From NCBI GenBank assembly GCA_040261535.1, contig JBDQNU010000006.1, positions 3,033-67,032 of the forward strand: a DNA stretch of 64,000 bases, written 5' to 3'. Position numbers and translations under genes: made by a program. Positions 17,727-26,314 of this stretch are shown here, piece after piece. Under the pieces are notes generated by a model that was given only the letters and a program-made list of their open reading frames with translations, did no database searches and was not told where the DNA came from. This DNA comes from Poseidonia sp. (GTDB lineage Archaea; Thermoplasmatota; Poseidoniia; Poseidoniales; Poseidoniaceae). Position 1 is the first letter of the stretch, and each line of letters starts with the position of its first letter.

Positions 17727-19520
17727 TCAAGCGTTGTTGGCGGCGTCTTCGCCTTGGGGCGTGATGAGGACGTTCGCATCGTCGCGAACGATGGTTGGTA
17801 TGGAGAGCGTTCCCGAGTTCACCGTAATGGGGCACGCGTTGCTGCAAGCGGGTGGAAGGTAGTCCTCGCCGCTTTGCGTCAGCACAATTTCAAGAGCATG
17901 TCCTGCTGGAAGGATCACGTCCATTCCCTGAAACTCCATGAGCATCGTTACCGAGGAAAACGGCACCACCGTCTGGGCATTGTATCCCCCAGCGTGATAC
18001 CGCACGTCCATCGTTGCGTGGCCGAAACGCAAACCGGTTTCAGCGTCACGGAGTTCAGCGAAAATTTGTCCGCCGTCAAAGGACGGAGTGACCTCGAGAT
18101 GCAGTGTGGGCAAGCCGCTGATGTGAGTGTCTCGGTCCATGGAAACGGCTTCGCACGTCACCAGTACCGAAGACGAGGACCCCACCGAACCCTGCGCATC
18201 GCAGCTTGGTGTTTCCCACATCGCATCCAACGGAGGCCACGTTTCTTCGATTCGCCATTGGCCGTCGTTGCGCTGGATTTGAGCGTGAAGTGCTGGACGC
18301 TCGCCGATGCCTTTGAGATAGTACTCCATCCATTCGAACAGGTCTTGGCCCCAATCCCAACGCGTCATGTTGTGGATGGCTTCTCCACCGTACCCGCTGG
18401 GTTGGTTGTTGTGTTTGGTCCACTGGTCCGGATAGTTGTGTTCCCACTGGCCCAACATGCCGGCGACCTCGTAACCCTCGTCGATGTAGGCCTGGTACCA
18501 TTGCGTGCCGGGAGGCCCGCCGAAGACTTGGTGGGGGTCAACGTTCCAATCCTGCATTCCCTGGACCCAGTAAATGCTCCCTTTGTAGGTTCCAAGTGCC
18601 TTGTCGATGTGGCTTCGCTCATCGTAATAATTGTCCATGTACGGGTCAAGTTCGCCCAGGCCGTACCGCGTCGGCCCCGCCAAAAACCCCTCGAGCACGT
18701 CACCGCACAAGTTGTCGAGATCGTCGCTGTCGTAGTCGAGAATGGAGCCGCCGTAATTGGAATGCATGACTTGACTGCGAGCTTCTGCGCTCCCGTTCTT
18801 GTAGAGCAACGGGCCCAAAGCCGTGGTCCCGGAAATGGGAACGATGGTCTTCAGGTATTCGCTTCCTTGGGCGGCGGCTTCCCAAGCCGTGGCGCCTTCG
18901 TAGGACTTTCCGTAAATCGCCACGTTGCCGTTGCTCCAATTTTGTGTCCCCAACCATTCGACTGCGGCGTGGATGCCTTGGCCCTCGCCATCGCCGCGGT
19001 AATCGAAGCAACCGGTGCTCTCCTCGGTGGCGAAGACGGCGACTTGTGCAAGCGCATAGCCGTGGGGAATGAAATTGTCGTAAATGAACTCGCCCCGGCC
19101 CGCGCCAACCACGTTGGTTGGCGTTGACTGGCTCCCGGGCGAACCGTAGTCAAAATAGGGACTCACGACCGCAATAACAGGGACGCTTTCGCCGGTTTCG
19201 GTGTTCGATGGGAGCCAATACGATAGATGGACTTCGGCGGTGTTGGGTCCGCCTTCCCAGGTGCCGGTCGTGTCAACTTCAATGGTGGCTTCTTGGACGG
19301 GAAGGGGTTGGTGAGGACCTGGTTCGAGGACCATGGCGTAGGTGCCCGTCCAGTTCCAGTCAAGCGTGTGGCGGTCCCAAATCGAAGGGTACATCCCCTC
19401 CTCAGCCGTTTCAACGCCCAAGTCTCCCTCTCCAAAGCAACCCGAAAGCGGCATCAGCAGCAACAGCACGGTGAAACCGATGGCCTGTCGCATGGTGAAG
19501 GCACGCCGGGGGTCTGTCAT
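17727..19520 (-). CDS. CocE/NonD family (S15, Xaa-Pro dipeptidyl-peptidase-like) hydrolase, lipoprotein
   Basis: Lipobox LSGCFG; nucleophile elbow YGKSYEG; QGMQDWNV and GQWEH; start 19520 or 19493. Confidence 0.85.
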   Translation of the reverse strand: MTDPRRAFTMRQAIGFTVLLLLMPLSGCFGEGDLGVETAEEGMYPSIWDRHTLDWNWTGTYAMVLEPGPHQPLPVQEATIEVDTTGTWEGGPNTAEVHLSYWLPSNTETGESVPVIAVVSPYFDYGSPGSQSTPTNVVGAGRGEFIYDNFIPHGYALAQVAVFATEESTGCFDYRGDGEGQGIHAAVEWLGTQNWSNGNVAIYGKSYEGATAWEAAAQGSEYLKTIVPISGTTALGPLLYKNGSAEARSQVMHSNYGGSILDYDSDDLDNLCGDVLEGFLAGPTRYGLGELDPYMDNYYDERSHIDKALGTYKGSIYWVQGMQDWNVDPHQVFGGPPGTQWYQAYIDEGYEVAGMLGQWEHNYPDQWTKHNNQPSGYGGEAIHNMTRWDWGQDLFEWMEYYLKGIGERPALHAQIQRNDGQWRIEETWPPLDAMWETPSCDAQGSVGSSSSVLVTCEAVSMDRDTHISGLPTLHLEVTPSFDGGQIFAELRDAETGLRFGHATMDVRYHAGGYNAQTVVPFSSVTMLMEFQGMDVILPAGHALEIVLTQSGEDYLPPACSNACPITVNSGTLSIPTIVRDDANVLITPQGEDAANNA

Positions 19521-19585
19521 GAACATGATGCCCGTCAGCCGAAGGCACCACAAGCATTGAGGGGGTGGTTCGTCTCCGATAAGCC

Positions 19586-20386
19586 ATGGAAGCGTCCGCT
19601 GCATGGGGGGCTCGTTGGGGGTCTGCATCCTCGCCGATGGCGAAGCGATACATGGAAGTCGCCACCGAGAAACAATCCCTCGTCTGTTTGGCCGCCGACC
19701 GAAACACCATGGCGGGCTTGATGGCGTTGATTGAAGCCGTTGGACCCCACATCGCCGCACTGAAAACCCACGTTGACCTCGTCGATGATTGGAGTCCGGA
19801 GGCGTGGGCAACCTTCTGTGAGGCGGCCGTTCGCGCCAATCTTCTCGTTTTTGAGGACCGCAAATTTGCCGACATCGGCGCCATCAGTCGGGCACAGATG
19901 GCCGGAAAATACGACATCCGTTCGTGGTCCGATTTGGTGACGGCCCACCTCATCAGCGGACCCGATATCGTGGACGGGCTGCAGGCGGGCTGGTCCGATG
20001 TCGGTCGGCAAGGCGGCGTGTTGTTGCTCGCCCAAATGTCGAGCCGTGGAAACCTCCTCCATCCGGCCTACACCGACGAAGTCGTTGCAAAAGGAAAAGC
20101 GCATCCCGGCGTTTTTGGCTTCATTGGGAACGGGTCACGACCAGCAGAATTGGCCGTTTTGCGATCAAACGTGGGCGAAGAGAAAATGATCTGGACCCCA
20201 GGCGTTAACCTCGCCGTGGGGGACGGAGCCATGGGTCAACGCTACGGCGACCCCACGGAAGCGGTGCTCGCCGGCTCAGATTGCATCATCGTCGGGTCCG
20301 GCATCCACAAGGCGGAGGACCCTGCAAAGGCTGCAAAGGCATACGCAGACGCCTCGTGGGCGGGCCTGTTGAAACGAAACGGGTGA
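19586..20386 (+). CDS. pyrF: Orotidine-5'-phosphate decarboxylase
   Basis: LKTHVD, FEDRKFADIG, LAQMSS, TPGV, GQRY and IIVGSGI motifs. Confidence 0.93.
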   Translation: MEASAAWGARWGSASSPMAKRYMEVATEKQSLVCLAADRNTMAGLMALIEAVGPHIAALKTHVDLVDDWSPEAWATFCEAAVRANLLVFEDRKFADIGAISRAQMAGKYDIRSWSDLVTAHLISGPDIVDGLQAGWSDVGRQGGVLLLAQMSSRGNLLHPAYTDEVVAKGKAHPGVFGFIGNGSRPAELAVLRSNVGEEKMIWTPGVNLAVGDGAMGQRYGDPTEAVLAGSDCIIVGSGIHKAEDPAKAAKAYADASWAGLLKRNG

Positions 20387-20393
20387 GGTCAGC

Positions 20394-20642
20394 ATGTGGG
20401 TGCAAATGCTACTCGCTTCGCTCGGGTTGCTTTTGCCGGCTTGGTTGATTTGGCGGGCCGTTTCAACGGCTCGAACCCTCGAAAAGCGCCTCGCTCAAGG
20501 CGATGCAACCTTGCTGAACGACGACCGCTTCAAAGTGGACCGAGTCACCCTTGGTCCCGCAGGCACCGAACTGATTGAGGACGTTCAGTTTGTCTCGGTG
20601 GTCGCTCCCTCCTACCAACAAGGAGGCGGTCCCCATTCCTGA
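20394..20642 (+). CDS. Small hypothetical membrane protein (82 aa)
   Basis: ATG 7 nt after the pyrF stop with GAGG upstream; single N-terminal TM helix. Confidence 0.6.
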   Translation: MWVQMLLASLGLLLPAWLIWRAVSTARTLEKRLAQGDATLLNDDRFKVDRVTLGPAGTELIEDVQFVSVVAPSYQQGGGPHS

Positions 20643-21228
20643 CCTCGTTGAAATTGAACGACGTTTTTTGGTCGACGGTCGCGAAGAAAAGCCATGGCGC
20701 ACGGGATCGACCGCCCACACCATTGAACAGCACTACGGCGTGGAGGAACACATCCAATCAAACGACAGAACGCTCTCATGCGACGGCGTATTCTTGGCCG
20801 AATTCACCCCAGAACAGCACGCTGTTTGGGGGCGAATGGACACAAAAGTTGGGCGTTTACGACGACGAGATACGGTGTGGGTGTTGACGTTCAAATCCCG
20901 TATTGACGCAGCTGCAGCGTATGAGTTGGAATGGAACGTGCATGCTGAGGCGGCGGCGGCGTTGATGGCTCACGGGCCGTACCCCTCGGTGAAAAAAACC
21001 CGCTACGTTATGAACGGTCCCGACGGTCACGCGTGGGAAATCGACGAGTTTGAAGGAGCGTTGGCCGGGGTGGTTTTGGCTGAAGTAGAGCTCGATTCTG
21101 TGGATGAGGCGTTGGCGATTCCTCCGTGGGTGAGTCACGAAATCACCGGTTTGAAGTCCTGGTCCAATCGCGCCTTGGCCCAAACCCTTGCGGCTACGAT
21201 GAACACGCACGAACCACGGCCTGAATGA
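20635..21228 (+). CDS. CYTH domain protein (triphosphate tunnel metalloenzyme)
   Basis: EIERRFLV, KTRY, WEIDEF and LAEVEL motifs; start uncertain (track gives 20575; ATT at 20635 follows GGAGG). Confidence 0.8.
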   Translation: MPDLVEIERRFLVDGREEKPWRTGSTAHTIEQHYGVEEHIQSNDRTLSCDGVFLAEFTPEQHAVWGRMDTKVGRLRRRDTVWVLTFKSRIDAAAAYELEWNVHAEAAAALMAHGPYPSVKKTRYVMNGPDGHAWEIDEFEGALAGVVLAEVELDSVDEALAIPPWVSHEITGLKSWSNRALAQTLAATMNTHEPRPE

Positions 21229-22288
21229 CCCGCTCAACGTCGTCATCGCTCAAGTGATGGTGAACAGGAATGGCAACCAGTCGGTGGCAAACCTCGTCAG
21301 TCACTGCAAAGGTTGCATCGTGTTGAGGGTGATCGGCGTATACCTGTTGGCGATGACACGGGGTTGCGTAATAAATGCGGCTGTCGATGTTGGCGCTGGA
21401 GAGCGTTTGCTGTAACTTCTCAGGGTCATCGGCGAGCAAACAATACTGATGCCAGGCATGCCGCGTTTGGGCTCGGACTTTTGGCGTGGTGATGCCGTTC
21501 AGACCTGCAAACGCCCCCTCGTAAAGGGCGGCCACGCTCTGGCGTTGTGCGAGCCACGCTTCGAGCCGCTTGAGTTGGACGCGACCGATCGCCGCAGCGA
21601 CCTCCGACATGCGAAGGTTTGACCCGAGTTCGTGGGATTCAAGCCGGGCATCCCGGCCGTGATTGACCAGTGCGGCCATCCGGTGAGCGAGGTCATTGCG
21701 TCGGGTCATCATCATCCCCCCTTCGCCGCCAACGGCCAAATTTTTGGAGGGGAAAAACGAGAAGCACGCCACATCCCCAACGCCTCCGGCCATTTGACCC
21801 GAGGGCGTTTGCGCCCCGTGGGCTTGCGCAGCGTCCTCGATGTAGGCGATGCCGTGTTCTGCACACCACGATACGATGGCGTCATCGCTCATTTGCCCAA
21901 ACAGGTGAACGCCGATGACGGCTTTTGTCCTCGGTGTACGCGCCCGTTCCAGTGCATTGACATCAACGCACCAATACTCGGGCTCCACGTCCACAAACAC
22001 GGGCGTTGCGCCCACCAGGGAAACGCACGTCGCCGTTGCAATGTACGTGAGCGAAGGGACGAGGACTTCGTCTCCCGGACCGATTTCAAGCAGCCTCAAG
22101 GCCCCCCACAAAGCGACCGACCCGCTCTGACAGGGCGTGCCTTGAACCGCCCCGCAATAAGAGGCAAACTCCTCGCCGAAGGCTTTGCCTTGAGGCCCTT
22201 TGACCCAATGAAGCGAGTCGAGGGTGTCCATCGCTGCTGCCCGCATCTCGTCGTCCCACGAGGGTTGGGCCATGGCGATGCGTTCCAT
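21194..22288 (-). CDS. DegT/DnrJ/EryC1/StrS family aminotransferase
   Basis: GPGDEV, VHLFGQ, IEDAAQAHGA, FSFFPSKNL (PLP Lys), GEGG and NLRMSE; GGAGG upstream of ATG 22288. Confidence 0.9.
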   Translation of the reverse strand: MERIAMAQPSWDDEMRAAAMDTLDSLHWVKGPQGKAFGEEFASYCGAVQGTPCQSGSVALWGALRLLEIGPGDEVLVPSLTYIATATCVSLVGATPVFVDVEPEYWCVDVNALERARTPRTKAVIGVHLFGQMSDDAIVSWCAEHGIAYIEDAAQAHGAQTPSGQMAGGVGDVACFSFFPSKNLAVGGEGGMMMTRRNDLAHRMAALVNHGRDARLESHELGSNLRMSEVAAAIGRVQLKRLEAWLAQRQSVAALYEGAFAGLNGITTPKVRAQTRHAWHQYCLLADDPEKLQQTLSSANIDSRIYYATPCHRQQVYADHPQHDATFAVTDEVCHRLVAIPVHHHLSDDDVERVIQAVVRACSS

Positions 22289-22379
22289 GCTCCGGCGTTC
22301 ATGTCCTCCTCCTTGAGTGTGCGTTTCGGTCGGGCTCATCATCGCGCCCTTCAAGACCCCCTCCGGTGTTCGGTCGGCC

Positions 22380-24815
22380 ATGGTGTCCGAAGACGAGGGT
22401 CATGCCCCTTCCTCGGAAGAGGAGGCGGGGGGCGTCGGCGGCCTGGTGGAGGACCTCTTTTCGACGGAGCCAACCCCCCCTCCTGCCTCGATGAAACGGT
22501 ACAAACCTCGGGGATTGTTCCTCGGTCAACGCAGGGATACCAACGAAGCCATCGACATCCCTGCGCAGGTGTTGGCTCGTCACGGGGCCATGCTCGGTTC
22601 AACCGGTTCAGGAAAAACCGTGATGGCAAAGGCGCTGATCGAGGAGGCAGCCTTGGCGGGTATCCCCTCCCTCATCATCGACCCGCAAGGCGATTTGGCG
22701 CGTTTGGCGTTGGGCATCGATCCGGTGGAGTTGGAAGAAAAGGACGGCGATGTCGCCCGAGCGAAGAAATTGATTGAGCAGTGCGAAGTTCGAATCTGGA
22801 CACCGTTGCGAAGCAAGGGGTTGCCGTTGTGCATCGACCCGTTTCGTGCACCGCCTGCCGATCTCGACCAAGAAGAAGCCATTACCGCGTGGGACATGGT
22901 GGCCGCGGGCTTCGCCAATCTGGCGGGTTTTGACGTTGAAAAGGCGCAAGGAAAAACGGTCAAGCCCTTCCTTTACGAAATCCTCGTTGAAGGCACGCGT
23001 TGCGGGCTCAACGTTGGCGATTTTCAGGCCCTCGCCCGCGTGGTGCGGGAACCTCATCAAGAGTTCATTCGCCAACTCTATCCCGAATGCTTCGATGAAG
23101 ACGTGGAAGAGGAGGAAAAGGTCTCACCACCCACGTGGAACGAGGTGATGGTGGAACACCGTTTGACCGACTTTGAGGAGCGCTTGCCGAAATCAACGCG
23201 AAACGACCTCGCTCGCAGGCTTGCTGCCTTCTCGTCGGGCGTGAACCAATTGTTGTTCTCCAACGGCGTGCCCATCGACATCGATGCCTTTGTCGAGCCG
23301 GCCGTTCCTGGAAAAATCCCGTTGAACATTGTGTACCTCAACACCATTCAAGACGAAAATCAGAAGCAATATTTCGTGCAAGAGCTCTCCCGTGAACTCT
23401 ACGATTGGATGTTGACGCAACAACCGGCTGACGGTGAACTCAAACTGCTCTTCTTCATGGACGAAGTCGCCCCGTATTTGCCGCCACACCCCCGCAATCC
23501 ACCGGCAAAGGACCTCATCAAACTCATTTTCAAACAGGCGAGAAAATACGGGGTCGCCTGTGTTTTGGCAACCCAAAACGTCAGCGACGTCGACTACAAG
23601 ATTCTCGCTCAAGCCAACACGACCTTCATCGGGCGGTTCACCCAACCTCAAGACGTCGAGAAGGTGCGCCACCTGCTCAAAGAGAGCGGCGGTGACCAAG
23701 ACCTCGTTGCGCAATTGCCCACCCTCGGGCCCGGTCAATTCCAAATGGTCGCGCCCGACGTTGACCCGAATCCCGTTCCAATCCAGTGCCGGTGGCTGTA
23801 CACCGATCACGGTGCACCGCTCAACGAAGACCAGGTGGAAGAGCTCATCACCCCCGAAATCCGGGCGTGGGCAAAAACCCGCTCAGCCGGCGGGGGGCGG
23901 TCCCGAGGCGCAGGAGCGGCTCATGCAGCCAGCCGGGGCTCTTCGTGGTCGGGCGGCAGCGATTGGGAGGACGGTGCAGCGCAAAGCATCGTTGAGGCGG
24001 CCCGCATCAAATCGGCCGGTGGAATGGCCGCTGCAGCCCACGGAATCGTTGACGACTCGGCGTTTGAAGTCAAATTGATGGGAGGGTTTGCCGTTCTTCG
24101 GGACGGTCGAGACCCGTTGTACACCATGCAAGCGGCGGTGAACCTCGCCACCGTGCTGGTCTTGGGCTGGGTCATGGCGGCGTTGATGCTGGCGTGGCGA
24201 GACGCCGACCTCTCCGGTTGGTGGTTGCTGGTCAGCGCCACGGCCTGTTTTGCAGCGGTGGGCGTCTTGGTTCTGGAGTCCGTTCTCGGCCACGACGCGG
24301 AATTGCTGCAAAAATTGAGTCGTTTTGCGCATACGTTCCAGGTTCTCTTGGTGATCTGGTTGTGGATTTTGCTTGGTTGGACCGTCTGGGGGTCGCTTGA
24401 CCTTCGGGGTGCTGAGCCTATGCTCGAGGTCGTGGTGGTCTGGGTGACGTTGTTCACGGGCATTGAATATTTGACGCGATTCCGTTTGGGGCGCATTCGT
24501 TGGAACGGCGGCTCCGCACTTGACAAAATCGTCGGCGTCACGGCCTTGCTCACCAATGCCGAACTTACGGAAATGAAGGCCACCTCGAAGGACCTTCTGA
24601 GCGCTGTTCGATGGATCGTTCACGGTGCAACCTTGGTCTGGTTGTGTTGTTTGCTCGCCCTTCAATCCGGTGTGCTCCCAACGGGCGACGAAGCCATGGC
24701 ATGGGGGCGGCCAACGCTATGGCTGGCTTCCGTCTACGGTTTGATGTTCTGCAGCGAGGCATGGCTACGGTTGCGCGGACGGTGGCCGAATGAACACAAC
24801 ACCTCAAATCATTGA
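22380..24815 (+). CDS. HerA/FtsK-superfamily (DUF853-like) ATPase with C-terminal multi-pass membrane domain
   Basis: Walker A GSTGSGKT, IIDPQGD, Walker B FFMDE, QARKYG and ATQN motifs; about 6 TM helices in the last about 230 aa. Confidence 0.8.
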   Translation: MVSEDEGHAPSSEEEAGGVGGLVEDLFSTEPTPPPASMKRYKPRGLFLGQRRDTNEAIDIPAQVLARHGAMLGSTGSGKTVMAKALIEEAALAGIPSLIIDPQGDLARLALGIDPVELEEKDGDVARAKKLIEQCEVRIWTPLRSKGLPLCIDPFRAPPADLDQEEAITAWDMVAAGFANLAGFDVEKAQGKTVKPFLYEILVEGTRCGLNVGDFQALARVVREPHQEFIRQLYPECFDEDVEEEEKVSPPTWNEVMVEHRLTDFEERLPKSTRNDLARRLAAFSSGVNQLLFSNGVPIDIDAFVEPAVPGKIPLNIVYLNTIQDENQKQYFVQELSRELYDWMLTQQPADGELKLLFFMDEVAPYLPPHPRNPPAKDLIKLIFKQARKYGVACVLATQNVSDVDYKILAQANTTFIGRFTQPQDVEKVRHLLKESGGDQDLVAQLPTLGPGQFQMVAPDVDPNPVPIQCRWLYTDHGAPLNEDQVEELITPEIRAWAKTRSAGGGRSRGAGAAHAASRGSSWSGGSDWEDGAAQSIVEAARIKSAGGMAAAAHGIVDDSAFEVKLMGGFAVLRDGRDPLYTMQAAVNLATVLVLGWVMAALMLAWRDADLSGWWLLVSATACFAAVGVLVLESVLGHDAELLQKLSRFAHTFQVLLVIWLWILLGWTVWGSLDLRGAEPMLEVVVVWVTLFTGIEYLTRFRLGRIRWNGGSALDKIVGVTALLTNAELTEMKATSKDLLSAVRWIVHGATLVWLCCLLALQSGVLPTGDEAMAWGRPTLWLASVYGLMFCSEAWLRLRGRWPNEHNTSNH

Positions 24816-24832
24816 CCGGAGGGTGGTTGGGT

Positions 24833-25375
24833 ATGGTAACCCAACTTGAAGAGCCAAAATACACGGTGGCTCGGTCATTTGATGCTTTTGAGGTGAGGCG
24901 ATACGACGGGAACATTCAGGCGCGCGTTCAAACCGGCGGTGACGGCGCAGCCTCGGGCGGATTTCGGCGAGTGGCGCGCTACATCTTCGGAGGGAATCAA
25001 ACCGGCGAATTCATCGCCATGACCGCTCCTGTCAGCATGTGGGACGAGAATGATGCCGGTTGGTTGGCGTTCACGATGCCATCGGCGTACGCCCTCGAAA
25101 CGTTACCGAACCCCCATGATAACGGGGTTCTCTTGATAGAGCAAGAGGAAAAAACGGTGGCCGTGCTTGCCTTCTCGGGACGAACGACCGCTGGGAAAAC
25201 GTCACGGCTCGAACAAAAATTGCGCAAGGCCATCGCCGCAGAAGGCTTCAGCGCCGTGGGCCCTGCTGTTCTCGCCGTCTATGAAAACCCGTGGACAACC
25301 CTACCGTTCATGCGCCGAAACGAACTTCATCTCGAAATTCAAGAGGCAACGCACCAGCGCGACGAAAAGGAATAG
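24833..25375 (+). CDS. SOUL family heme-binding protein
   Basis: EEPKY, FEVRRY, GFRRVARYIFGGN, IAMTAPV, AFTMPS and PFMRRNE motifs. Confidence 0.88.
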   Translation: MVTQLEEPKYTVARSFDAFEVRRYDGNIQARVQTGGDGAASGGFRRVARYIFGGNQTGEFIAMTAPVSMWDENDAGWLAFTMPSAYALETLPNPHDNGVLLIEQEEKTVAVLAFSGRTTAGKTSRLEQKLRKAIAAEGFSAVGPAVLAVYENPWTTLPFMRRNELHLEIQEATHQRDEKE

Positions 25376-25400
25376 ATACGCCGTGCGGGGATTGAGCCCC

Positions 25401-26078
25401 ATGGAACCCCATCCATTCATCCCCCTGAGGTGGAACGAACGTTCGCACGAGGAGATGCTGGCCTTGGCGAAGGCGAATTATACTGAACTTGCTCAGCGGC
25501 GCACCACGCGTCATTTTTCATCTCGGGACGTGGAAAGGCGGCTGATCGAGCTCGCCATTCTCTCCGGCTCCACTGCACCCAATGGCGCTCATCTTCAGCC
25601 TTGGACATGGGTGGCCATCCGAAGCGGTGAGTTGCAAGCAAAACTCCGGGCAGCAGCCGAAGCTGAAGAGCGAAAAACCTACTCTGAGCGTATGCCTGAG
25701 GCTTGGTCGGAAGTGCTTGCGCCACTGGGCACGGATGCGGTCAAGGCCCACCTCACCGATGCGCCTTGGATCGTTGTGCTGTTCAGGCAAAAGAAACGTG
25801 AGAGGGGCAACGGGAACTGGGGGCCGACCTATTACAGCGTTGAATCCTGTGGCATCGCCGCGGGGATGTTCATTCAAGCCGTTCACCACATGGGCTTGGT
25901 CACGCTGACCCACACGCCCTCGCCCATGGGCTTTCTGCGGGAACTCTTGGGCAGGCCTGCTCATGAAGAGGCCATGTTGGTGATGCCGGTGGGCTACCCA
26001 TCTGAAGAAGCGACGGTTCCTGATATCCATCGGAAAACGCTTGACGAGGTGGCCGTCTTCCACGATGAACAGGCTTGA
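25401..26078 (+). CDS. Nitroreductase-superfamily flavoprotein, iodotyrosine deiodinase-like
   Basis: RRTTRHFS, TAPNGAHLQPW, AEAEERKTY, LAPLGTDAVKAHLTDAP, YYSVESCGIA, LVTLTHTP and PVGYP. Confidence 0.8.
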   Translation: MEPHPFIPLRWNERSHEEMLALAKANYTELAQRRTTRHFSSRDVERRLIELAILSGSTAPNGAHLQPWTWVAIRSGELQAKLRAAAEAEERKTYSERMPEAWSEVLAPLGTDAVKAHLTDAPWIVVLFRQKKRERGNGNWGPTYYSVESCGIAAGMFIQAVHHMGLVTLTHTPSPMGFLRELLGRPAHEEAMLVMPVGYPSEEATVPDIHRKTLDEVAVFHDEQA

Positions 26079-26125
26079 TGAAAGGTCGCGGTGTTGATAT
26101 ACGCGAGGCGAGAGCGAGGGACGGC

Positions 26126-26209
26126 GCAGGAGTCGCCCAGCTTGGTCAAAGGCGCTGGGATGAGGTCCCAGTCCGTAACGGTTCGCAGGTTCGAATCCTG
26201 CCTCCTGCA
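26126..26209 (+). tRNA. tRNA-Leu (anticodon GAG)
   Basis: Acceptor stem GCAGGAG/CTCCTGC plus discriminator A; anticodon arm CTGGG-ATGAGGT-CCCAG; long variable arm; T-loop GGTTCGAATCC; CCA not encoded. Confidence 0.95.
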
Positions 26210-26314
26210 CTCTTGTTCTGAAGACGTCCCCGTATTGGATTCAGTATCTGAACTCGAGGCGGAACACATTCTTCGCCCACCACGATTAAGGGCGGAAGGC
26301 ATGTGGTGCAGTGT

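Noticed and set aside
17478..19127. 549-aa plus-strand ORF
   Set aside because: Antisense to the CocE/NonD hydrolase; no motifs; typical high-GC shadow frame
21632..22777. 381-aa plus-strand ORF
   Set aside because: Overlaps the DegT aminotransferase antisense and the ATPase out of frame; Arg/Gly-rich non-protein-like composition
15252..24815. NERD nuclease plus HerA-like ATPase as an anti-phage system
   Set aside because: The genes are more than 6 kb apart, separated by housekeeping genes, with no defence-island context
26126..26310. tRNA-Leu as an integration site for a genomic island
   Set aside because: No integrase, no duplicated tRNA 3' end found in the window, and no compositional break downstream
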